A stretch of DNA of 64,000 nt. It comes from Haliotis rubra (Eukaryota). The stretch's first letter is position 1. Every line of letters begins with the position of its first letter. The translations under genes were made by a program, and so were the position numbers. The notes beneath the pieces were generated by a model, which had not been told where the DNA came from, searched no databases, and saw nothing but the letters and a program-made list of their open reading frames with translations. Where the stretch lies: contig NW_025765370.1 in the NCBI RefSeq assembly GCF_003918875.1, forward strand, positions 1,054,001 to 1,118,000, in the 5' to 3' direction. This document shows positions 49,865 through 63,131 of this stretch, piece after piece.

Positions 49865-51040
49865 TAGCCTTGTGCAGTTCATTAGTGCCTTGGCCTTGTG
49901 CAGTAATCTAATGCTTTGTCTAGCAGTTCTTTAATGCTTGGGCCTTGTGCAGTTCTTTAATACTTTGCCTTCTGCATTACTTAATGCTTTGGCCTTGTAC
50001 AGTTCTTTACTCCTTTGCCTTCTGCATTACTTAATGCTTTGGCCTTGTACAGTTCTTTACTCCTTTGCCTTCTGCATTACTTAATGCTTGGGCCTTGTGC
50101 AGTTCTTTAATGCTTTGCCTTCTGCATTACTTAATGCTTTGGCCTTGTACAGTTCTTTACTCCTTTGCCTTCTGCATTACTTAATGCTTGGGCCTTGTGC
50201 AGTTCTTTACTCCTTTGCCTTCTGCATTACTTAATGCTTTGGCCTTGTACAGTTCTTTACTCCTTTGCCTTCTGCATTACTTAATGCTTGGGCCTTGTAC
50301 AGTTCTTTACTCCTTTGCCTTCTGCATTACTTAATGCTTTGGCCTTGTACAGTTCTTTACTCCTTTGCCTTCTGCATTACTTAATGCTTGGGCCTTGTAC
50401 AGTTCTTTACTCCTTTGCCTTCTGCATTACTTAATGCTTGGGCCTTGTGCAGTTCTTTACTCCTTTGCCTTCTGCATTGGCCTTGTGCAATTTAATGCTT
50501 TGGCCTTGTACAGTTCTTTACTCCTTTGCCTTCTGCATTACTTAATGCTTGGGCCTTGTACAGTTCTTTAATGCATTTGTCTTGTGGATTCCTTTTATGC
50601 TTTGGCCTTGTACAGACCTCTGCCATATAGTTGCTGAGTATTGCTGAGTGCGGCTAAACTCACTCACTCTTTAACGCTTTGGCTTTGTGTAGTTCTTTTA
50701 TACATTGACCATGTACAGTTCTTTAATGCATTTGTATTGTGCATTCCTTTAATACTTTGGCCTTGTGCAGTTCTTTAATACTTTGGCCTTGTGCAGTTCT
50801 TTAATACTTTGGCCTTGTGCAGTTCTTTAATACTTTGGCCTTGTGCAGTTCTTTAATACTTTGGCCATGTGCAGTTCTTTAATGCACTTTGGCCTTGTGC
50901 AGTTCTTTAATACTTTGGCCTTGTGCAGTTCTTTAATACTTTGGCCTTGTGCAGTTCTTTAATACTTTGGCCTTGTGCAGTTCTTTAATACTTTGGCCTT
51001 GTGCAGTTCTTTAATGCATTGGCCTTGTGCATCCCTTTAA
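49865..51040. repeat. Compound minisatellite: 50-bp units, then 26-bp units, with a SINE-B tail fragment between
   Basis: TTAATGCTTTGGCCTTGTACAGTTCTTTACTCCTTTGCCTTCTGCATTAC repeated; then TTAATACTTTGGCCTTGTGCAGTTCT repeated; SINE tail at about 50610-50670. Confidence 0.9.
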
Positions 51041-51353
51041 AACCAAGTTCTATGGATAAACAACTTCTTTATTGCAATGAATGTGACATTTCATATTGCT
51101 CTAGTTTGATATTGTTGATATCTTTTAAAGAAATATGTGTGTAAGTTTGACTGATAACTTAAAAAAAAAGACTGACATGTGATGTAACTCACTGTTTTTC
51201 AATCCCAAATTATTAAAAATATAATAACATATACAATCTAAAAGTGTCTATTGCAGCAGGTAACCTATTATTTCATATATATGCTGATAGACTATGTTTT
51301 GGTAAACCATTTATTTGAAACACAACTTTGAACTGATTTGTTTTCCGTTTCAG

Positions 51354-51408
51354 ATCTGTTGTAACTACTATGCCAGCAAGACCCCTCAACAGAAAACTTC
51401 CAAGATGA
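51354..51408 (+). CDS. CCDC66/CSPP1-like gene, probable last coding exon
   Basis: Strong acceptor ttttccgtttcag|. The phase-2 reading gives RSVVTTMPARPLNRKLPR*; all three frames stop within about 75 nt. Confidence 0.5.
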
Positions 51409-52798
51409 CCAGATTCTATGCACGATGACTCAGTATGGTTCCATGCACATGTGGTAAAGTGTGGAGCCATCTCACAGACAGCATCTCTCTCTGCTTGATC
51501 ACCTCTTTGATCATGTGGACAAAGGCATTTGACCTTGGATCTGAAGGTCAATGGTTTGAAAACCATCACAGGACTCCTGAATGTTGAAGGTTGCTGGACA
51601 CAAGGCTTCAACTCAGTCAAGACTCTACACCTTCCAAATTAATTCTTTAAATGTGATATGTGTACTTCCAGTTTCTAAATATACATTTCAAGTGGAAATA
51701 TAATTTGTGGAGGTTTTGTTGATATGATTCTGCACTTTATGTTTCTGTATTAAATAAGAATGAGCCCAATCCATTGATATGTGATTAACAGATGTATTGA
51801 TAATAGGTTCTGAGTTGGTATATTGGGCTTGACATTGTTGTCCAGTAGTTGTCAGTTAAAACAATTGACCGACCACTTGGTTGCCATTTTGAAGTTTCTT
51901 GGATGTTATTCAATACTTTATTTCAGACATTTCCTTTTTGGCATAACAATTTGTGAATCAGAATTTTACCTAGACACCAGATATGTCACCCTCCTTGACT
52001 ATAATTCATGTGACGTTTCACAAACAACAACTCCTTAACAGTTTTGTGAAGTGTTGACATGTCCCATTATTTTGAGAATAAGGTGGTTGTGTTCCGAGTT
52101 TACAGGTCTTCATCCTTTGCATTGCTTCCATGTAGAATATAGTTACGTTTCGTGGGCATGTTGCTCATTTTCGATGCCATGGTTACATGTTATTGACAGG
52201 CAAGGTTTGCAGGGATACAGTATATCAGGGCGGACTTGAGAATTGTGATGCTGGAGAGTTTGGATAGTCTGACAGGACTATGTTCAACTGACTTTTCAGG
52301 GCTTTTACAGTTTAGGGAAATAATTGCAGCTGTTACCTTCGTGTTTAATTCTGAACATGAATGACCTTTCCGTTTCAGGTAAAACCTTTTGAAATACAAA
52401 TATGACTGTGATTATTTATTAATCATCTCAAATCGTTTTGTGTTGGTCCCAATGGAACTGATTCACCTGTGTGGTACAATGTTATTCAGTGATACTGTGG
52501 GTTTTTTTCAGTCATTTGCTAGATTGTCTGGTCCAGACTCGATTAAGTGCAGACCACCGTCATATAGGTCAAATATTGCTTAGTGCGGTGTTAAACAACA
52601 AACAAAATATATTTCCTTTTTCATATTGTGAAGGTTGGGGTAAATTTTGATTTCTATGGGATATTTTTTGTTATCAATGTTGATCTGTTAACCTGCTCCA
52701 GGGCTGTGCTGATGAGGCAACCAATAACCGGTACTTTCCTGTGTGGCCTTTCTAAAGCACCTAACGTATATATCTGAAATATGAAAGCATACAAGTAT

Positions 52799-53170
52799 TG
52801 ATTACACAATGCCATTTAGAAAGTGATCAAATGTTACATGTTATATTTGGGATTACACTTTCTTAGTAAAGTACAGATTCTAGTACTTTTGTTGGGTTGA
52901 GTCCCATCCGGGATTTGAACCGACACCCTCAGAGTCGGGCACCTAATCACCAGCACACAAAGTCAGCCGACTAACCCGCTCAGCCCGAAGCCACCGCGAC
53001 TTCCACAAAATGAAAGTCGGACAACTGGTAGTCTAGACTGCGGACTTTGTGTACTCCTCTGATAAGTGTAAACTGGCTAGGCTCCCACAGCCGAAAGCTA
53101 TGATTACACAATGCCATTTTAGAAAGTAGTCAAATGTAAGAAAGTAATCCCAAATATAACATATGTTACA
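52799..53170. mobile_element. Non-autonomous element with direct and inverted terminal modules and an internal tRNA-like segment (minus strand)
   Basis: Layout A-B-[B box GGTTCAAATCC on minus]-A-B'; related fragments at 5945 and 11920. Confidence 0.55.
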
Positions 53171-54039
53171 TACAGGTATTGATCTTCAAGCAGTGAATTC
53201 GAATATAATATATGTCAGGTTGGCATGGGAAACATTATGTCTGCACAAGGTTGGAGTATTTTTACATACTCAATTTCTTCAAGTCAGATCTGTACATTGT
53301 GTTACACATTTTCTCAGTCTGAAGGAAGTATTAACAAGAAACCAAAGTTTTGTTTTGACTGTTATTTAAGACATCACATCCTTTAAACTGGACTCAAAGC
53401 AGCTATGGGGATGAGTGAGCGCAGGGTATTTAGTGTGATAGAATGCAGATGTTGTACGCTGGATAACTTAAGTACATGTTGATGTTGAAAAGGTGTGACA
53501 TGCTTGTCACATTGTCTTGTTGGTATGTTTATTGAATGTTTTGCTAGATTTCCAAATGTTGCACAAATACCATAACATTCTTGTTGTGGAATGTATAGCT
53601 TTAACATGTATTGATATCTGTTATTATTTTACAGGTATGTTTTGTTTGTTTATATGCTCTTCTCAAAGTATGTGATAATGATATTCATTCCTATAATCAA
53701 CAACAGATAGAATCTCTTTGGAAATCTGTTGACATTCATGATTTTGTTCATGCAGAAATACTTAAATGTCAAATAAAATGATCAAATGATGTTATTAATG
53801 GCCCATCCCAGAAATACTGGATTTTCAGACAGAGGTGCTTTGTTGTTTCAGCACTTTACTTTTGGATTGCTCAGAGTTTCAGCATTGTGTAACAAATTAG
53901 AAACCAAAGTCAAGAACCTTTTATATTACAACTAGTGTGTTACCCTTTTTAAATAAAAAAGAAAACTTCATGTACATGAAATTTTGAATTGACATTCAAA
54001 GGAATATGTTTTTGCCTCAATTTCATTGTTTCCTTTTAG

Positions 54040-54620
54040 GATGTTTTTTCCCTGCTGCAATGCAGAACGGGGGACATTGTATTCAGCATTGTCTGTACAT
54101 ATGTCTGTCTGTACATCAGTACGTACATCCCGATTCTTGTTAACACGATATCTCATGAACTGTTGTACCCAATGTCTTCAAATTTGGTGACACAGGATTA
54201 TGCAGACACGGGTCGATTTGGGTGACCTTGACCTAATTTTAAAGGTCACAACGACATTTTGACCACGGTTCAAACTCATGTTAGCACAATATTTCATGCA
54301 CTGTTGTACCCAATATCATCAAATTTGGTGACAGCCTACATTGGGAGTTTACACAGACACTGGTTGATTTGGGTGACCTTAACTGTATTTACAAGGTCAC
54401 CACGACACTTTGGTCACTTTTCAAAATCTTGTTAACGAGATATCTCATGCACTTGATGTACCCAATGTCTTCAAATTTGGTGACAGCCTACATTGGGAGA
54501 TTTCACAGATACAAGTGAATTTGGGTGACCTTGACCTTATCTTCAAGGTCACCATGCCACTTTGACCACTTTTCAAACTTATGTAAATGTTGTACCCAAT
54601 TATAGCCTCCGAGCTGAAGA
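54040..54620. mobile_element. Helentron/DINE-1-like non-autonomous element with internal tandem repeats
   Basis: GGGGACAT followed by a (GTCT/GTAC)n microsatellite-like tract and about 3 internal repeats containing TGACCTTGACC..AAGGTCAC. Confidence 0.6.
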
Positions 54621-54679
54621 ATATGTTGCCATTTCTTATAAATTTGATGTCAGGAATTAACATATAATTGGTATGAGGC

Positions 54680-54726
54680 TAGGGTAGGATAGGGTAGGGT
54701 AGGGTAGGGTAGGGTAGGGTAGGGTA
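54680..54726. repeat. (TAGGG)n microsatellite
   Basis: About 9 pentamer copies; G-quadruplex-capable. Confidence 0.9.
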
Positions 54727-55775
54727 AATAGTGGGTGGGGTACCTGGGTAGAAAATTTGGCCCCGTACCAGCTCTAATACTGACAGTGGATGTGTGCATC
54801 TGCATCTATACATTCAAATATAGTAGATTCCTGAAACATCTTCAGTTTTAAGAGAAGATTCTGAAAAGTGACCTTGGCTAAAAACTACATCACACAAATG
54901 GTAATCTTCTATGTGACCAAACGATTAAAACTAGTAAATATGTTATATTTCATTCTTCGTGTTTGTGGCAAACACTTGTAGAATTGGGAGAATACAAAAT
55001 GTATGTATATCGTGACTAAAAGGAAAGAGCTTATTTTGTAAGGGGGGTCAGAGTTGAAATGAGGCTATTAGAGAGAATCGCACCTTCAAATAAATGTTTG
55101 GAATAAATATTGTCAAGACCTTTTGTTCAAAATGTATTTTGTGATATTTTCATAGTTATCATGACCGCGCGTATTCTTCCTTTATGTCATGGAAGGAAAT
55201 ATTGTGTTTGTGTTGTATGTCCAGATTAAGAAATATATAGTACTTATGTGGGCCTTACAAGCTGGCAGTTATAGTTTCCAGATTGGCTTAAGGGCTACAT
55301 TATAAATATTTAGTCTTTCACTTTTTGATACTTGAGATGTACAACAAGATGTTACTTTGTGTTTTTTCATTAATCAATCTGTTTTGTAGGATAATCTTTA
55401 GGTGCTAATTGTTTACTAATATTTGGGTTTGATAATTTTACATTTTATTTAGTTTGTGAGTGTTTTTTCTGCTGTGGTTTTGCTACAGTTTATGTTAAAT
55501 CCATGTCTGATGAAGCCCTTGATTGTATGTTTAACAATTACTGGGCTGTAGTCACTGACGCTGGCTGGGTCTGTGAAAGATCAACCTTATTCCGAAGTCC
55601 AGCTGAAGTGTCATTCCGCCATGCATGCCAGCAGTGTTATTGTGATGGCCTCATCCCATGGTAATGTAGAAACCCCATATTACTGGACAAAGTGATTGAT
55701 ACAGAAGGTGCCATTTTGTCCGACTACTTCATTCAAGTCTTTCTTTAATTAAAGTGATAGATACGTATGATTCAG

Positions 55776-56057
55776 GCCCCGATTTCTCGAAACAAACTTA
55801 AGTCTGAGTTTTTACTTAAGTTAGAGTTTTTACTCAAAATCTGAGAAAATGCAGGCAAATGCATTTCCCAGAATGAACTGAAATCGATATTAAATTCAAA
55901 CATAGGAGACAATTTGATTTTGGTGGCTAGATTACTTAAATTGTTTTGGCTTTTTTATTTTAAAAATGCTGTTGAGTTAAAAATTCAGCAGTTTCAAATT
56001 GTCAAACTCAGTTTGAACTTTCAGTAAAAACTTAAGTTTGTTTCGAGAAATTGGGGC
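55776..56057. mobile_element. PIF/Harbinger-like MITE
   Basis: TIRs GCCCCGATTTCTCGAAACAAACTTAAGT / ACTTAAGTTTGTTTCGAGAAATTGGGGC, CAG TSD. Confidence 0.85.
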
Positions 56058-56923
56058 CAGGTCAACTTTCAGGGCATTAATTGTTTTGTACTTCTATATA
56101 CAGTAAAACCGTAAAACATATGGGGCTGATAATTCGGAGTAATGAGAAACCTATACAACACAAATGCAGTCTGGATTTTGTTACAACTAAAATGCTTTAA
56201 TGAGTGTGGTAGATGTGGGTGGAAATATCACTTTAATGTGAATTTTGTTTCTTAGATGTGTTTTATATTGCATTTAACCCCAATTTCTTTCATATTTTTT
56301 GGTACCTGTGTGTTTAAGATAATGATTTTGATTTGAAATGGCATCTCATCCCTTTTAGCTGTATCAATTCTATATCTATAGTATTACTGCTATTCTCATA
56401 TCAAACATGTATTATATCCATATCATGTTAATGTCTTTTGTGATTGGTTGGTTATATTGTGCTCTATTCCAATTAGCTGGTTATATGGTGCTGTGTGTCT
56501 GATTGACTTGTTATTTTTATGTTGTGTGGAAGAAAATTGATATATGCAAGTTCCATATCGGTGCTTTTGAAAACATGAAACAATTGTTTAGTTGCATATT
56601 AAAGACATCCTGTTGCACTTGGGGCAAGTTTCTGGTTCTGAACAGCTCCTTACACCAAACCCTGCAGGAAGTTCAGGTTCTAGACCGTCCCCAGCAGCCA
56701 ATGGAGGCGAGTTAGGTGATGCCACTTACCTCATATTGTTGATTGTAGCATATAGTATCAATCACTGGATTGTCTGATCCAGAATTGGTTATTTACAGGT
56801 CTCCATTCATTTAGCTTGAAGTTAGGTGAAATATGACCGACTGTGACATTAAACAGCAAACACACGCAAACAAAACACATGCAAAAACAAGTGACGCATG
56901 GTTAGATACAACAGGAAGGATAT

Positions 56924-57069
56924 AGGGGCGTTGGGGTAGCCTACTGAATAAAGTGTTGACTCGTCATGCTGAAGACCCTGGTTCGATTCCCCACTTAAGA
57001 AGCCCATTTCTGGTGTCCCCTGCTGTGATATTGCTGGAATATTGCTAAAAGTGGTGTAAAATTCACTCA
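56924..57069 (+). mobile_element. SINE family A
   Basis: Head, B box, core and tail. Confidence 0.8.
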
Positions 57070-57081
57070 TTTTTCGATATA

Positions 57082-57786
57082 CAGTGGAAGCCCTCTAAAC
57101 CGGCATGCGTTGGGACCGGCACAAAATGCCGGAATAGAGGGCATGCCGGTTTGGAGAACTTTCCCTTTTCAACCTGAGAATGATCTTCCGTGTGCCGTAA
57201 CATACGACTGAACAATGTGTTGATTGTCATCATATTCTTTATTCATCAAAAATACATGTATATAACACAAATGTACATGTTCAGTACAGCTTCCAGTACA
57301 TTTACGTTATAATTCATAACTCCGAAGTTTCAAGTCCGAAACTGTTTTCTGTTCAAGAGTTAATTCCAATCTAGCCCGCTTGACTGGTCTAGCCATCTTG
57401 ACACAGTGAGCGACTGACAAATTGTGACACGACAATTTATTTATAATACAAGTGACACGTGGCACTCATCAATTTACCTCACCTACTTATCCATACTCCT
57501 TTTATCAGGCAACATCAATGAGCTTAATGCCGATGGTAATCCACTGTGTTGTTAATACACATTCAGCCAATCAGCCAATTAACAGGAGAGCCGAGATACC
57601 GGATGCCGATTTAGAGAGCATTAATTACTGTACAATCAGTCAATTGGGCGGCCTTTGTTGTGCCGAAATGGGAATAGACTGATGCCGGATTAAAGGGCGT
57701 GTAAATAATCATAAATCAACTAGCTTCTGACGGCACCAAATTCTAGTGCCGATATTGAGGGCTGCCGGTTTAGAGGGCTTCCACTG
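57082..57786. mobile_element. pogo/Tigger-like MITE
   Basis: Perfect 24-bp TIRs CAGTGGAAGCCCTCTAAACCGGCA, TA TSD. Confidence 0.9.
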
Positions 57787-58231
57787 TATATCTAAATAAA
57801 TAAGCAGGTTATGGTGGAGAGAGTGTTAGATTCATTTAATGTCTTGTATGACAGCGTATATGTTGTTATTATATGATTTAATATTTTTATCAATGTCATT
57901 GTGGAATGGTATTGTGTTTTGGTGATGATTAATTGAGAATATTACCAAATTGTTGAACATTGTTTTCACAAATGGCTGTACAGTATTGTGTGTACTTCAT
58001 CAATACTCATAAAATGTTATTGCATGTTAATCTAGATGTGACCCATTAAAGAGATTATTGGAACAATGAAGTGTGTTGTTTTTCTGTGTTCTTAATGATG
58101 GTGGAATTAGTTTCCAGTACAACATCAGCTGGACTTGGAAGGTCTGTTAGAAACACTTCTCTGAAACATGGCTGTCGTTTGTTACAGAGGACCTTTTTGT
58201 GTGAAACTCCACATTGAATAACTTCTGATTT

Positions 58232-59138
58232 TACTGACAACGGACCACTGTAGAATGTGTAGCTATAATATTGCTGACAACAGACTTCTGTTGATTATGT
58301 GTAGCTAAAATATTGCTGACAACTGCCCACTGTTGAATGTGTGTAGCTATAATATTGCTGACAACAGACCACTGTGGAATATATTTGTAGCTATGATACT
58401 GCTGAAAACAGGCCACTGATGAAGATGTGTAGCTGTAATATGTAGCTATAATATTACAGACAAAAGACCACTGGAAAATGTATAGCTATAATATTGCTGA
58501 CAACAGACTTCTGTGGAATATGTGTAGCTACAATATTGCTGACAACAGACCACTGTGGAATATGTGTAGCTACAATGTTGCTGACAACAGACCACTGTGG
58601 AATATGTGTAGCTACAATATTGCTGACAACAGACCACTGTGGAATATGTGTAGGTACAATGTTGCTGACAACAGACTTCTGTGGAATATGTGTAGCTACA
58701 ATATTGCTGACAACAGACCACTGTGGAATATGTGTAGCTACAATATTGCTGACAACAGACCACTGTGGAATATGTGTAGCTACAATGTTGCTGACAACAG
58801 ACCACTGTGGAATGTGTAGCTAAAATATTGCTGACAACAGACCACTGTGGAATATGTGTAGCTACAATATTGCTGACAACAGACCACTGTGGAATATGTG
58901 TAGGTACAATGTTGCTGACAGCAGACAACTGTGGAATATGTGTAGCTACAATATTGCTGACAACAGACTACTGTGGAATATGTGTAGCTATAATATTGCT
59001 AACAACAGAGCACTGTTGAAGATATGTAGCTATAATATGTAGCTATGATATTACAGACAAAAGGCCACTGGGAAATGTATTGCTACAATATTGAAGACAA
59101 CAAGCCACAGTGGAATATGTGTAGCAATAATATTGCTG
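58232..59138. repeat. 42-bp minisatellite, about 21 units
   Basis: GTAGCTACAATATTGCTGACAACAGACCACTGTGGAATATGT repeated, with a homogeneous centre and degenerate edges. Confidence 0.93.
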
Positions 59139-59675
59139 TGCGGACATGATTTTGTAAGCAAGCCTTACACTGAGGGTGCAGACTGATAAATAATATTTTA
59201 TACACATTGGCCTCATGTCACTGAAGCCTTTTCAGTGACTGCTGTGGACACATGTTAAACAGATGAAGATCATATAAATGAATCTGAGCTGACAATTGAG
59301 GCTGTCAGAAGTTGATGAAAATCAGTTTTGGATTTTTTAAATGGATGAATGAATTACTAATAAAACAATTGATGTCAAGATTTATGTATTACATTTGACA
59401 CAATAATTATTAACTATGGACAAACAAAGTTTGAAACTAGTGATGACTGGATTACCTGTAAATAATCTTCCAAACATGATATTTGGTATTTCTTTGTTTC
59501 TGTGTACATATTATCATTACACAGCTGCTATTCGAGAAAAACATCATCCAATACTGTTAATCGAATTTATAAGACACCGCAATAAATAAAATAAACCAAC
59601 TCAAACACCTTACGTGCTAAAATGATTCGAACTCAGTGTTTGCAGTTATGAAAAATAACTGACCATGATATTGGG

Positions 59676-59818
59676 ATTACCTCCCTTGGAACCGGAAGCG
59701 CCTGTACGCATGATCGAGAAAATAGTTGTTGACGACGGTAAACTTTATCTTGTCTATTTTATTGATCGAGATGCTGTTGCTGATGGATACGGAATAGTTG
59801 TGACATCATGAGCTTCGG
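59676..59818 (+). promoter_or_regulatory. Probable promoter and first exon of a further gene
   Basis: TTACCTCCCTT plus ETS CCGGAAG, then ATG AGC TTC GG|GTAAGC (ATG at 59808); same layout as 33095-33225. Confidence 0.55.
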
Positions 59819-61469
59819 GTAAGCGGAGAAGTGTACTCCACAATCATAGTTCCAGTCGTGTCAAGTCTGTTACATTGAAGTCAGGTGGGTTTGGTGCAAT
59901 AAGCGTTGGCCAGTCTGAGCATGTCTTCAACAAGTGACAGTTGCCATGCTTTTCGTTTTCAAATTTATCCGTTCCTCATATTTTGTATTAAAAAATATTT
60001 TATCACAATACCAACGACATTCCCGACATATTAACAGTAGCACAGCTACTTCAACGGGTAACCCGTTTCGTTATCATGATTATGGTGATAATTAGACTCG
60101 ATCATGTTATGAGCTGATCAAAGTCAAAACATTCATTATTGCCATTAACCTTACCTATCTCACATTTTCTCATGATATGTGTCGTGACATTACCATCTAT
60201 GTGATCCAAGTCAGGGATCTACCATAGAAATCCCTGATCATGCCTGATTATGGACAACTGCACAATCTACCATAGTTGTTCAATAATTTTGTGTTGAATT
60301 CTAAGATGACTAACGGTTAGAACAATCGAAAAAAACCAACATTATCAGACAATAAAGGTATAGTTTTTTGATGACGTAACAATTGAATGACGTTATCCCG
60401 TCACTGCGCCATTCTAGTGTGCCCCCTCGTAATCGAATTATTTTACATTACATCACAATGTAAGCGACGTCACGATGCATGTCAGTTGTCATCGCCTTGT
60501 ACGGCCTCCTACAGTAACCTACTCCATTGCATCTCGTTTCTTGGTTTGCAGTTGCTTCACGCAGCTAACATCACTGGTGGAAACATTACGTTTATGTTTT
60601 ACGATGGTTAAAATGTGTCAATTCGACTCACAAGTTTTCAGCGACACGGTAACGTTCGCAATGTTTACATTCCCACAATGCAATCGTGGAATGTCGCTGA
60701 CTACTCAGCTTCATCTGGATGTACTGATCTAAACTTACGCTTGTAGTAGAAATGCGACGCTCATATTGCCCAATATGGTTTACGTTAATGACAGATGTAA
60801 TTAAAATAATTCAGAGAAGATATTTAATCCGAACGTAAACCGCCATCAAACTGTTATCATTTTTTTTTTTTCTGGTAACGTCTTAACGAGGGGGCAGCCT
60901 TAATGCCAGTTAGGGCAGACAGGATCAATAGGTCAAAGAATAATCGTTTGTTTTCTGCCCTGAACTATTATAACATCAAAGCACTGGGACTACCCCAATG
61001 TGTTTTAATTATAATAGTTCAGAACTATTAAACTATACTTTATTACAAAACATATTGCGGTAGAGCGAACTTTATTTCCTAAATATATCGATATTTACCA
61101 TGTTTACAATAATTAGATTTTACATAGATATCTGCTGGAGCTAATCGAAATGAACAGAATGCAAAATGGTTATGTGTATAGTATTGTATATGGGTTGCAA
61201 TTTACTTTCATGACTCTTATCATTGTGTACGGTAGCTTTTATTAAATTATGTTACAATATAGTTCAACTGTTCATTATGTTGGGATGAAGGATGATTTAC
61301 CATGGCAAGGACTAGCAAAGTAGATGGCTCCCTTGAAGTTGAATATGACATGGTATATCACATCATCTATATTTGTTTTTCACCAACTGTGTTCATTGTT
61401 ACTGTTCATGGATGGGATTCACATGATGTTTTCACTGCATTATGACTAGCTACTAGTCCCTCATTGTAT

Positions 61470-61565
61470 ATATGTATACTATCCACCCACTTTGTTAGCG
61501 CTTTGAGCATGGGCCTTGTGCATGGAAAAGGCGCATTATAAGTTCACATTTATTATTATTATTAT
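61470..61565 (+). mobile_element. 3' end of an L2/CR1-type LINE
   Basis: GCGCTTTGAG..AAAAGGCGCATTATAA stem-loop followed by a (TAT)n tail. Confidence 0.55.
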
Positions 61566-62588
61566 GTATGTTTGATAGAAGTGCTTAAAAAGTAAGGGAA
61601 CACAAAATGAAATTTGGAACTTGAGGACAGTAAATGTGAGGACAGTGTGTTTGGCAGCAAGGATGGAACTCATATATACTGTTATCAGTGAAACTTGATC
61701 TGTTGAGATAGAAGTTTGTCACAGTAACAAGAAGAAAAGTTATTTTATCTGTTGCCACTTTTGAAAACTAATGTGTGAACCAGCTTGTGTTCAGTACTGA
61801 CAGTGACCCTGCCTATACAGTTTTCATGGTTATCATGGTCCATTATCTGAGGCTATAACAGGAAGGCAAACTGTACCAATTGTGCCATTATATAGCAATG
61901 ATATTATATTTCTTTTGGAACTCAATGTATTATCATATTGCAGTGTAAATCGCTCACTATTATCTTATTACTCTGTTTGCCGGCGTTTGATCATGTCTGT
62001 GGTGTATTTTTAGAGCAAAATCACAAACCTTGTGTCATGTTCCACATAAGCACATGGAAGTGATATTCCTGTCTGAAGACTGAAGTTATATGAGCATGTA
62101 CATTCACTGCAGAAGACTTCATGAATATGAGATGCCCGAATTTGATCAGTAAAGGGAGATAAGTAAAGATATACAGTTACTGAGTTAGTGAGTTACACAA
62201 TTTGAAGTGAATGCATTAGATAATTAGTCATAGTTTTGTTGTACTATTAGATTATACAGTTTGAAATGTGTATTAGTACAGAAGCAGTTTAAAATTAATT
62301 GGCTTTTGGTGATTTGACTTGTATTTTACACATATATCTCAAGTTATGTTTTATACTCTCCCTTACTTGAACAATGTTAAATTGTAGTCATAATATAATG
62401 GGATGAGATGGTATGTTTAGGATAATACATTTTAACCGATACTTTACAGTACATTATGGTTAGATTCCACTTTGACCATAGGGTCAAGATGGCCTAAAAG
62501 GCAAAATCAACTAATGGTCTATGAGATGAAGCCATCATTGGTGGTACAACTGACTGCAGCATTTCAACAGAGAATTAAAGACTATTGG

Positions 62589-63131
62589 CACTGCTATACT
62601 GAGTGTAACAAAACCTAGTAGAAAGTCGCGTCAGCTAACCTTTTGGACTGACCAATCAGAATACAGCTTACCAAATCGCGAAAGTTCACATTCGCACATA
62701 CCGTTTGAACCTTTACCTAAAAAACTCGAATAATTCTGAATGCTATTTTCCACATGATCACTTCCGAGTTATACACATGGAGGACGCAATGAGTAAACAA
62801 TCGCTGAAAATAGCGTTTTTGTCAATATTCAAGGATGTCATCTTGCGGAAATATAAGCTAATAGTAACCATGTCATTAAAAACCCCTAAGCGTACATACT
62901 GCAGGTCAAATATCTGTGTTTCATGCAGATTTTCGTTTATTGATAGATCAGTGTCAGCGACCAGGGAAGAGAAAATCCGTTTTGTAAGTCCCGCCGAACC
63001 CTAACAAGTAGCCATTGTCTGATTGGTTAAATCCGTTCGGCCATCTCACGTTTGATTGGACGGTCATAGATTGCTCAAAGGTTAGCTGACGCGACCTTCT
63101 ACAAGGTTTTGTTAGACTCAGTATAGCAGTG
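62589..63131. mobile_element. MITE with long imperfect TIRs
   Basis: CACTGCTATACTGAGT..GTCGCGTCAGCTAACCTT, inverted at about 63077-63131. Confidence 0.8.

Noticed and set aside
54680-54726. Interstitial telomere
   Set aside because: The unit is TAGGG, not TTAGGG; it is a short microsatellite.
58446-59042. Cys-rich repetitive ORFs on both strands
   Set aside because: Artefact of a 42-bp (multiple of 3) minisatellite; several frames are open and there is no splice context.
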